A stretch of 63,892 bases of DNA, the filler included, from Hausera hauseri (lineage: Eukaryota): assembly GCA_046269625.1 (NCBI GenBank). It is 12 parts of 12 records of this genome, joined end to end, with 100 filler letters (N's around TTAATTAATTAA, not from the genome) between each part and the next. Parts side by side here need not be neighbours in the genome. Positions count along the whole stretch, not along the records: positions 36,952 to 41,357 come from JBJURY010596444.1; positions 41,458 to 45,722 come from JBJURY010668441.1; positions 45,823 to 49,837 come from JBJURY010818753.1; 9 more parts are not named here. One strand, written 5' to 3'. Position numbers and translations under genes: made by a program. The notes under the pieces are model-generated. The model did not search any database and was not told the origin of the DNA. It saw nothing but the letters and a program-made list of their open reading frames with translations. This document shows, piece by piece, positions 36,952-47,830 of this stretch (position 1 is the first letter of the stretch; every line of letters begins with the position of its first letter).

Positions 36952-39200
36952 AATCGTCTTGTCTCCAATGTATCTTTCAACCATAGGTTGCATTATATTT
37001 CCTGTAAAATTTGATTCTTGGTCAGTCACTATAATTCTGGAAGATCCCAACCTATCGGGTGAAAAAGTCGATAAAAACCAGAATGTATTTATTCTTAATT
37101 TGTCTGACATTCTTGATAGGTAATCGGCGTTAGCATTTCATTTTCCGGGTTTGTATTGAAAGCTTGAAGTATAAGGTTGGAGTTTCAGAGCCCAACGTAA
37201 TAATCTCCTACTAGGATTATCATGTTCTTTTAACCATTGAAAAAATCGATGATCCGTATATATCAATATTTGTTTATTTGCAATAATATATGGTGAGAAT
37301 ACTTCTAGTGCAAATATTACGGCTAACAATTCCATTTCAATAACAGCATATTTCTTTTGGCGCTTGTTTAATTTTCTTGATGCACAAGCAACTGGATATT
37401 CTTTTCAATCTTCACCCTTCAGTGATAATACTGCTCCAACTCTGCAGTCACTTGCACCAGTTGCTAATATGAACGATTTAGTCATGCTGGATAAAGTAAA
37501 ATTGGAGCACTTAATAATCTTTCTTTTAAGTTTTTGTAAGCCTTCTGGCAGTTGCTTTTCCATAGCACTTTGTCTAAATCTTCGCGTAGTAACTCGTAGA
37601 GTGGCTTGCTAAAATCTTTTATAAACTTTCGGTTATAATTTGCAAGTCCTAGAAATCGGCGTAATTCTTGTACCCTAGTTGGTTTCAGAAAATCTTTGAT
37701 CTTGTCAAATAGCTTGTCCTGTGGTTTNNNNNNNNNNATCTTTCAAGTGGTGTTAAAAATTTGATGATGCTATGATTATATCGTCAATATAAACCATAGC
37801 ATGAGGTGCGTCAAAAGTAGTAATTCCGTTCCTCATTGAAAAGTTGGTGGTCTATTTTTTAATCCAAACGGCATTCTATTAAATTCCCATAATCCTTCAC
37901 CTGTCTAGAAGGCCGCTTTTGGTTTATCTTCTTTTACTTCTACCTGCCAGTACCCTTTCTGTAAGTCGATGGTGGTGAATATCGTTAAGCCGTGTAATTT
38001 ATCTAACATTTCATCTATCCTTGGTAATGGATACTTATCGGGTTCCGTTATTTCATTGAATGCTTGATAGTCTATATCGAATCTCATTGTTCCATCTTTC
38101 TTTTTGACTATTACCACTGGGGCTGTCCATGGGGATCAGCTTGGTCGTATTATCTTATTCTCCCCCATTTCTTTTATAATTTTTCGAGCTTTTTCCTTTT
38201 TATCGTATGATAATATATATGGTCGTTTCTTTATTGGTTTATTTTGCCCGTCTTTTAATTTAATTGCATGTTGTATTATATTCATTGTTCCTAAGTCACA
38301 AGCATTCTTAGCGAATTAACATTCCTTTTTCTTCCTTCGTTAGAATGTTGCAGTTTCGCAATTTTTCTTCCCAGTTAATATTGGAAACTTCTTTTCTCCT
38401 TTATTTTTGTTTGTTTCCTTCTTTAATTTTTCCGTCATCATTTTCTCAACCTTATCTATATCTGAGAGTACCGAATTGACTGCTTTTTTGATATTTCTTC
38501 AATAGCCGTTACCTGTCCAAGTGTCGTATTATTTCTCAGTCGTTTTTCTTTGCTTCCGGTATTGCAAATTCTTAAATGAATTCTTCTTTTTCTTACTCTG
38601 TCTGCATGCGGCGCAACCAGTATGTCATATTTCTCCATTAGTTGAGAATGGTTCAAAATGTACGTACATCGTTGGTGATGTACATTCTAGTCTGCCGGGC
38701 ACTACTACTTCGAAACGCGGTGGAATTATGACATCCTTTATTAGTGAGACTGATCCTTCGTATTGATCTTTGCTGAACGTTGTGAGCTGACCGGTTTTTA
38801 CATCGATGTACGTATTTTCTAATTGGTGTAATACGTCATACCCAATATTTCATTGCTAAGGTTTTTGACTCCTCTGACGGTGTGGTTTATCTTGTGGTCA
38901 CAAATCTTGATCTTTGCATCCAAGACCATCTTTATTTCTTCTTCCCTACCAAATGCTCGAATGTTGACCAGTGTTTCCGTTGGCTTCCACAATTTCTTTA
39001 TTAATTCTTTAAGTAGTTGATTTCTTCCCATTATTGTAGTCGTGGATCCCGTGTCTATTAGTGCAGTTAGTGGATATCCATTTACTGCGATATCTATTTC
39101 TGGTCTCATAAAGGACTGTGATCTATTTTTATTACTTGTGTCACATGTAGGTTCGCGTTTATAAGGTGTGGGGTTTTCCTCAGACTTTTGTTTCATTCGC
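36952..39200 (-). mobile_element. Decayed Ty3/gypsy pol (PR, linker, RT, RNase H, integrase fragment)
   Basis: YPLTALIDTGSTTTIMG; VIVKKKDGTMRFDIDYQAFN...DKYPLPRIDEML...TTIDLQKGYWQV; VYIDDIII; ELLAVIFALEVF...YTDHR...RLLRWALKLQ; integrase-like IIVTDQESNFT after an internal deletion. Confidence 0.9.
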
Positions 39201-39752
39201 AACACTTGGTACGTGGTATTGGTTTCAATAATCCCATTAGAGTCGTATCGAAAATTTGACACACACCAGCGCCGCTACCATTCAAGATTTTCGATATTAT
39301 TACAGTGGGTGATAGGTCATTACGGATAGTATTGTTGATGTCGTCCAATTTGTCTGACGCGTCAAATCCATTGAAATGACATTCAGGAAGTCGCTCTCTT
39401 AAATCAATTGGCAGTGTATTAAGTTTTCCCGTCAGAAATACCTTCTGATTGATCTGTAACAACTGAACAGCAATGAGACAATGTGATGCCGTGGACTTGA
39501 GCCAGAAGAGCCGATTTATCAAGAAAAATAATTCCGGCAATCTGTATCAAATATTTTCAAAAGATTGACGAATGGCAAAGTTGAACAACTCTAATGCGAT
39601 CCGGAATCTACGTCATTAAAATTATTCATTGAAAGTACGGTTTACGCAACATGTTGAAATTCTCAAATTCTAGATTATCTTATCTAGTAATTCAATTATC
39701 GAAAAGTATCAGGAAAATATCATAAAAATCTGGAACGTATAAATGAAAAAAT

Positions 39753-39925
39753 ATGGTTAAGATACTATGTCACAGCTGCTCTAAAAGGTGTGTTGGCGAT
39801 GTCTTGAAAGTAAGTGAACGATATTTTCATCTGGACTGTTTTCAATGCAAAGATTGCACAAAAAACTTGAGTACTGGCGGTTTTTTTATCGTGATGGAAG
39901 TTACTATTGTACTTCAGATTATACG
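39753..39925 (+). CDS. ABLIM1: N-terminal LIM domain of an actin-binding LIM protein (abLIM/UNC-115 family), 1-nt frameshift in a T-run
   Basis: MVKILCHSCSKRCVGDVLKVSERYFHLDCFQCKDCTKNLSTGGFF. Adding one T to the T7 run at 39881-39887 gives YRDGSYYCTSDY, completing the LIM domain as in abLIM proteins. Confidence 0.75.
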
Positions 39926-40729
39926 AATAGATTCACTCGGAAATTGGTCGTTTTGGTCACAACGGCCTTCTACTGGATCAAAAATTATTTCGTACGCTGA
40001 ATTGGTTGCAAGGCATCAAAAAAATGATTAAAGGCCTTGATTTTGAACCGACTAGAGACGTATCTATCGACTCAAGAATTTCATCAGTTATTTAGTCTTA
40101 ATAGAGCGGATTTTTATAGACTTCCGGAGTGGAAACAAAATGATCTCAAAAGACGTGTAAAATTGTTTTGACAAACTTTTTTTCAGATTATAAAGATTCT
40201 TTTTCCCCCGTTAATTTTGGAATATGCATCTGATTATTTCCTTTTTTAATTAATTCTACAACTCTCAGCTGTGATTTCTTATTTACCCGTTATTTGAAAC
40301 TTATGGAGTACTGCAATTTAGTCAAATAATTTCTGTGTTAAAGATATACTGTTTGTTACTTTAATTGTTTTCGTGATATTTTAGTCTTTATTTCAAGCAG
40401 AGAATCTACGTTTTTTTTCGTTCGTTATATGTAACCAGAAATACAAAAGGAATCAATAAAGATATTGAATTCCGACGGATAGAATTTTTATTTGAATTTG
40501 AATGCTAGGATACAATTTCTGATTTGCCTGTCTTTACCAAACGATAATAGAAAGGAAGATGAAGAGGAATACGAGATCGTTCAATCGAGGTGATAAACTG
40601 TTTCATAAATTGAACGATAACGAATTAGATCGAGAGGAAATTATGTCAAAACAGCGAAATGCGAAATAATTTATTGAATTTCAACATACCCGAGAGAATT
40701 GAAGTTGCAGACGTAATATTAAATGAAGC

Positions 40730-41155
40730 GTTTAATGCAGTGCATCACACATGTCAGGTCTGACTTTGTCCGTTCTGGTGAGTGGTTTTTGCTTCATGAT
40801 AACACTCCGGCACACACTGTATATCGCATTATTTAGAAAAAATATAAGTTACCGTACTTAATCATCCTCCTTATTCACCAGATTTGGCACCAGCCGACTT
40901 TTTTATTTCTAAAGTTGAAACTTCATATTAAAGGTCTAATGTTTGATGATGTTGATGACATTAAAACAACTATGACAAGGAATTAAAGGGAATTTTGGAA
41001 GAACAGTTTTCTGATACCTTTCAGTCGCTGTATCATCCTGCAAAGTTGTGTATTGAACGAGAAGGGCGCATGTAGAAAGTTAGATAAATTAAGATTTTGG
41101 AATGTAATTATTTGGTTTTTTATTCGCACAGACCGGGAACTTTATTGCCATACTA
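40730..41155 (+). mobile_element. Decayed mariner (DD34D) transposase C-terminus with right TIR-like end
   Basis: WFLLHDNTPAHT...VTVLNHPPYSPDLAPADFF...KLKLHIKGLMFDDVDDIK. Confidence 0.85.
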
Positions 41156-41457
41156 TATATGTTGCTTGGAAAACAAAAGAGTAATACTGGTTTAAAGTGA
41201 TATATTATAATAGCCAATGATAATGTTTGTTGGTAATAAAAATGTCTTGAACAAACGACGTAGAAAGGTAGCATGTATTCTGTTAACACTGTTAGTGTCT
41301 CACTGTCCGAAAAATAACATTATTCAATAACATGGAAATTGATCGCAACTGCATTATNNNNNNNNNNNNNNNNNNNNNNNNNNNNNNNNNNNNNNNNNNN
41401 NTTAATTAATTAANNNNNNNNNNNNNNNNNNNNNNNNNNNNNNNNNNNNNNNNNNNN

Positions 41458-43300
41458 CTCGTTCAATTGTTGACCATTTACGCTGTGTTTCGCTTAACGT
41501 TTTACTAAGACATTCTATTATTCCCTCACGTGGTCTATCAGGTACTGCTTGTCTTAAGACTGCTCCTATAGCATAACCACTGGCATCAGTCATTATTACA
41601 TAGGGATATTTGTGATTAGGGAATTTTAATATTGGTGGTGAAGTTAGTACTTGTTTTAAACCTTCGAATGCTCTCTGTTGTGTTTCTTCCCAAATCCATG
41701 TTGTTCCCTTCTTAGTTATTTCTACTAGAGGTTTAACTATACTTGCAAAATTATAAACAAATTTCCTGTAATAATTGGCCATTCCTAACAGCCGTTGTAA
41801 TTCTTTAAGACATTTAGATGGTTTTAACTTTTTAAGTTTTTCTACATTTCTAAGGTCAGGTTGAATACCTTTGCTTGATACTATATGTCCAAGAAAGGTA
41901 ACTGTATTTTTAGCAAATTCGCATTTTTTCATTATTATTTTTAAATGAGCTTTCTTTAATTTATCAAACACTAAAGAAATATGTTATAAGTGTTGCTCGA
42001 AGTTTTCAGAAAATATTATTACATCGTCTATGTACACTATGTAATGAGTTAATCCTTGTAATACAAAATTCATACATCTTTGAAATGTAGCCGGTGCTCC
42101 TGTTAGACCAAAAGGCATAATATTGAATTCCCATAATCTAGTTTTGGTTGAAAAGGCTGTTTTCTGTTTATCTTCTTCAGCGACTTCAATTTGCAAAAAT
42201 CCACATTGTAAATCTAGGGTAGAAAATACTGTGGCATTTCTTAATGCTGTTAACATCTTATCTATTTTTGGTAATGGATAATTGTCTTTCTTCGTAAAAT
42301 TATTTACCGCTCTAAAATCCACACAAAATCATTGTGCTCTATCTTTCTTTTGTACTAATACTACTGGGGATGTCCATGGTAAAAAGTTTGGTCAAATAAT
42401 ACCATGTTCCATCATTTGTGCTATCTGTCTATCGCATTCTTCTTTTTTAATTTCTGCCATTCGATATGGATTTTGTTTAATAGGGTAGGTGTTTTTCGTA
42501 ATTATGTGGTGTTGGATAACGTTAGTTCTACCAATGTCATTATCATTCATAGCTATGATATCTCGATACTTGTGAAATAACTGCAATAGTTTCTTTAATT
42601 GATATGGGGTTACGTCACCATTTTTGAATTTTATATTCTGGTTTTCTACTAAAAATGTTGCTGCACATACCTTGACTGGTTGCAACTGTCCTAAATTGAG
42701 GTTCTGCCGTAATTTGATTTCCTTCTTATTAATGCTTTCTCTTGGTAATTCTAAACATTGTACTTCTTTCGGTACAAATATAGGATATTTCAAAATCTTG
42801 TATTTCTCATTATTATATAAATTTGGTTTAAACATACAAGTTTGTTTATGATAATGTGATGGTATTTTCAGCATTACTACTATCTGCTGTTGAGGTCTAA
42901 CAATAACATCGTGAGTTAAGGTCATGCTAATTTCCTCAATTGGCAAATTGGTCATCGTATATTTTAGGGTTTTGGCAGATAGATCCATCGAAAGTCCTGA
43001 AATTTGAGATAATATGTCCATTTCTATTACCAAAGGTACATGCAATATTTTATCATCCACCACGAACAGAGTTATGGTGTATAAATTACCATCAGTTTTT
43101 ATTCTAGTGCTTATTTTTCATAAAAACTGTATTTGTGTAGAGTTAGCTGCTGCGATTACTACATCGCTTGCATAATTTCTGCCTTTTGATCATCCGTTAA
43201 ATATGAATGTCGGATCATCGACACGGATGCACCGGTATCTAACAGTGCCATAATATTTAATCCATTGAATCGTACCGGAATATACAGGTTATTTCCTGTT
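41458..43300 (-). mobile_element. Ty3/gypsy-type pol (PR, linker, RT, RNase H)
   Basis: ALLDTGASVSMI (DTG at 43231-43239); DFRAVNNFTKKDNYPLPKID, FSTLDLQCGFLQI, WEFNIMPFGLTGAPATFQRCM, VYIDDVIIFS; RNase H YVIMTDASGYAIGAVL. Confidence 0.95.
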
Positions 43301-43679
43301 GCTATTTTAGTTTGATTCATAAAAATAAATTTTGTATTATTTCGTCGGTTATGTTTGGTATTATATTGTCGAAGTACATTTGGTGGGTAAGCAGTACTTG
43401 GTAGGCAGATGTATTTATCTGAATCTCTTATTAATGGAAGTTCATACATGGATGTATCTTTCATGTCTCTACGATCTAATTCTGGGCATTTATCGATGGG
43501 TTCATGTTTATAGTATGTTGGTGCTTCTGGCTCAAAATATTTTCTTGCTTTCTTTCTTAACAATTTATACTTAACTAAGTATTCTTCTACAGTCAACTTA
43601 ATAAAAGCTTGTAGCTGTTGTTCTAGTTCTGGGGCTAAGAGAAGTTCTTTCCTTAATTTATTAAGTTCCTTTGCATGCC

Positions 43680-45560
43680 AATACATTAATACTGACTTAG
43701 CCATTGAAGGGATACAACCCAACATGATTTGCCATGTACAACCGCGTACTTTCTTTATATTTCCGGCAGCTCCTTTTTGTCTTAATATAACTAATACAGT
43801 AGTGATTATAACGTATATGCCAAAGATTCCAGATATTACTTGGCCAAAAATGAGGAATTTATTCCAAAAATCATAAAGAATCTTCTTAGCTGTTTTTTCC
43901 AAATGATCAACTGGAAATAAAATTCCGTAATTAGGTGTTCCGTCTGATCCTTTTAAAACAATGTATACAAATTCCGTTATTACCTTTTCTCGGATATTTT
44001 GAAATAATACTTGTTTTCTTACTGCTTCCAGGTCAGTTAACAAATATAATCCACTGTTAGGAAGTTCTCTATTTACCATAATTTCATTCCTTTATCTAAT
44101 GGTAGTAATCCAATTGTCTGTTGTACGTTCATCATAGTTGGTGGACGTGTTTTAGTCCATCTTTCATCACTAAGCTTAAAAGCTGGATAAAATTCTTTGT
44201 AGCATGGTGCGAAGGTAATTTCCGTAGGTAATAAGAATTTACGAGTAATAGGGTCTAAATATCCAAATTTGACAACATTTTTATCATTATATTGAACCAT
44301 TAATTCATTCGTGCAATTTGCTCTTGTAGATGTTATAGGCGTCACTTCTATCGGTGGATATTGATATACATGGAGTATTTCCCCTTGTATTCTACCAAAT
44401 GTTCCGGGGCGATATCCCATGATTAGAGCAATATGTCCAGGAAACTCTCTCGCCAATATCAAATCATGTTGGTTTAATTTTTATGTGATTTTGCAATCTC
44501 TTATTACCATCACGTTATACAGTTCAACTAAATCCTTTTTTGCAGTATGATAAATATAATCTATTTTGTTATTCGTATATAAGTACCACGTTATATCCTC
44601 AGTTGGTAATTTCCAGTACTTGCTAAAGTATTTTTTGTTACAAAGAGATCATCATATGATGTAGGATAAACGGCATTTGATCCACAAGTTGACACTGCTC
44701 CTTTCCGTGCTAATACTATTCCATCTCTGTCGTTGGATGACATCAAAAATTTTAAAGAAGCTGTCTTCTGTAAAAACCGTGGGTCGGGTAAATTTTTGTT
44801 ATGGTTATGTACAGATTCTTGATATTCGTCATCGTAATATAGATCACCTTGTATCTCATACATAAATATTTATTTTAGAAAAGCTAATGGACATATCATA
44901 ACTGTTTTCTCCCAAACTAATATAGATTCTCCTGAAGTACACACTCCATCAGAATATGTACAAGATGGTGCCGTCAGCATTTTTCCGGTAATTGCATCAA
45001 AGTTTACTTTATATTCTTTTATCGTGACGGTAAAATCTTCTATTTGCACTACAGAGGATTCCTTTTGTCCATTTATCATCATGGTTTCTCCATCACGGCC
45101 CCATCCATATACGGGCTATATTTTTTTAGCTGTAACTATCCGTGAATAAACTCGTTTTCCTATGCTTGCTTGTACTGGCTGCTTTAATCCTACTTGAATT
45201 GAATCTGTGGCTTTTCTACAATCTTCAGCAGTTATTGTTACAGGTTTTGGCAATCCTGGTGGAATAATTACGGAATTCCATGAGTTATGGCCACAATTAT
45301 AAGCAAATATTACTTTATTAACCTGGCATTCCTTTATTTGAACTTGCTGATAACTAATTCTTTTGTACAAATTTTAATTATAAGGACCCTCCTTCTTTAC
45401 TGATATTGGATTTGCATTTTGACATTTACCTATATCTACCAGTGAAAGTCTAGCTGTTATCTCGGGTTTAGAACAATCATAGGCTTCTAATGCTGTCGTA
45501 GTTTTTAAGCTGCTAACGACTATCAGGTATAATAACAAATGAATGATTTTTACTACCCAT
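43680..45560 (-). pseudogene. Chuvirus/Jingchuvirales-type envelope glycoprotein whose TM and tail run in frame into the protease
   Basis: Signal peptide WVVKIIHLLLYLIVVSSLKTTTA, then LEAYDCSKPEITARLSLVDIGKC; AYNCGHNSWNS; CTYSDGVCTSGE; YTNNKIDYIY; FGRIQGEILHVYQ; CTNELMV; NSGLYLLTDLEAVRKQVLF; TM FWNKFLIFGQVISGIFGIYVII. ORF 43159-44079 contains both the TM region and the LLDTGA protease motif. Confidence 0.82.
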
Positions 45561-45822
45561 TCTGAGATATTGGTATCCTTGGGTATATTAAGGTTGTAGG
45601 ATTAAATCTTTTAATAATTTCATCCCAACCACCGTGTTTCGTTACCCTATCTTTTGTTAACCTATCCATTTGATATGCCAAATCCTTTACTATATGGTGT
45701 AGCTTGGCGTCGACCTCTGTTTNNNNNNNNNNNNNNNNNNNNNNNNNNNNNNNNNNNNNNNNNNNNTTAATTAATTAANNNNNNNNNNNNNNNNNNNNNN
45801 NNNNNNNNNNNNNNNNNNNNNN

Positions 45823-47830
45823 ATCTCCCAATTCACGGCCATCATTTTTCCAGTTGGATCATGGAGAACCAACGCTTCAAATGGGATATTGACCTTCCCA
45901 TTCTTACTTAGCAAATTCATTTTTACTCTCTCTATTTTTTACTTTGTTGTTCCTCCACCTACCACCATGACAGACACGTTTTCCAGACTCCAAACTAATT
46001 TCAGTTGCTCTGCGACAGATTGTTTTACGAAGCATTCTGTACTCGCGTCGTCCAACAACATACACACCTTTACTCTTCGTTCTCCACTTTCCAACCATAT
46101 ATCCACAGTACGCAGTGCTATTTTATTTCCTGTTGGGGCCTTTTCTGATCGTCAGGTCACGTAAGAGCTAACTTGCGCCTCTAAAACATCACCTTCGCAT
46201 TCATCCTTTTTTTTCCTTAATTCTTCATTACCTTGCACAGTGTAAAATGTTCTTTCTTGTTTTTTGGATGTATTTTTCTTAGACGGTGAATCATGAGCAT
46301 AACGACATTTTTCTCCATATTTGCAATTTCCTTTCACATAATACTTACAAACTTGTGTTTTACTATTTCGTTCATTAATATACAGATATTTACAATTATT
46401 TCCAAATTTGCAATTTCCGCTTTTCTCGAACTCCCAGCATATTTGGTTTTCGGCTTTGTTCATTGATTTAATACTATTATCCTTTTCCGTTTTGTTTGGA
46501 ATTGACGCCTCATTCCTGCTGACATTTTTGTCTACATAAATCTTCTTTTTGATTTTCTTTGAAATTCATGTTCTTTGGAAAGTATATGATTTTTATTATA
46601 AGCGAGAAACCGTTTTTCAACTGTCATCTTATTTTCATCGTACGTCCGATTAGACTCATATTCTCTTCCTGGATTAAAGGTGTTTATACCTCTGATTCTT
46701 TCGATTGTATTTCTTCGGACACTTGCTTCTATCTCTACCCACAATTTTAACTCCTCAACTGTACGATTTGACTTCTTTTTAGCAACATGTCTTTCTCATA
46801 ACAATACTATGGACTCTGGGAGCTTTTCAATTAGACTTTGATACAACAGTCCTCCACATAATTCTTCCTTCCTCCCGAAATTTTGTAGTCTCGCTGTTAT
46901 GCCATCTAATAATGCGACAAACCGATCTAGTCCTTTGATATCCTCTTCTCTGATTGGTTTGAAGCGCATCACCTCGGTCATAAAGGCAGCATAACACCGT
47001 TGCTCTCCTCCGTAGTAGGAGTCAAGCGTTTCCATCGTGGCTTTATAACCTACTTCATACAGGTCGAAGTTTTCAATTAACCTTTTCGGTTCACCATGAA
47101 GACATTGATTTAATTGCAATTGTTTGTAGATGTCAGACATTGGCGTCTTATGAACGCAAGTGTCAAACGTTCTTTTCCATTTATCATATTCTGTAATTAT
47201 ACCGCCGAACTTTGCGAGTTCTAACTTTTGAAATTTTGGTAGTACAAATTTTACTTTTACATCACTATTCGCCCCTTTTGCTTCATTAATCGCCGATTTG
47301 CTTTCTCGTGAGCTTCTTTCGTAAATAATTGTATTAATTTTTTCGTTCTGTTCGTCTGACTTCTCTATTTCATTTTCCAAAAAAGTGATGTTTTCTTTCC
47401 TTTTTAATTTCCTTGCAGCGGCTGCTAATATCCCCAAATTTTCCTGCAGGTCTGAAAAAGTTCTGTCGTATCATTGTTGGAACATGCTATATTCCTGCTC
47501 GTTCAAATTTATATCCATCAACTTTCGCCGGATAGTCGCCAAGTTATTTATGGGTTTTCGCCTTTCGGCAATACGTTCTTCTAATTCGTCTGCTGTCATT
47601 TCGCTCCCTCTCTTTAGCTTTAACGTTAAGTGAAGTGTTGCAACGTGTCTTAAACTTTTCACTGATCCGTCGGTCCGTAGCGGCTTTCCGGCATGTAATA
47701 GACTGAATTCCTCGTTTATTCTCAAGATTTTCTTTATAATCCCAATTAGATCACAATATGACTGAGTTTCAGCTAAATCTACCACGAAATTACGTCCACC
47801 ACAAAGTACGATTACTTGTTTTCTTATTTG
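45823..47830 (-). mobile_element. Decayed BEL/Pao LTR retrotransposon 5' part: UBL - coiled coil - DUF1759-like Gag - 2x CCCH finger - protease
   Basis: LPKFQKLELAKFGGIITEYDKWKRTF...LNQCLHGEPKRLIE...YKATMETLDSYYG is DUF1759-like Gag. CWEFEKSGNCKFGNNCKYLY and CKYYVKGNCKYGEKCRYAH are the CCCH fingers. Protease: IALRTVDIWLESGERRVKVCMLLDDASTECFV. UBL and Gag are in one frame, separated only by a TGA at 47471-47473. Confidence 0.88.

Noticed and set aside
39193-39540. 115-aa minus-strand ORF upstream of the contig-7 protease as env or gag
   Set aside because: It shows no similarity to the two glycoproteins or to Gag. It is probably unrelated flanking sequence, so this element cannot be counted as env-first.
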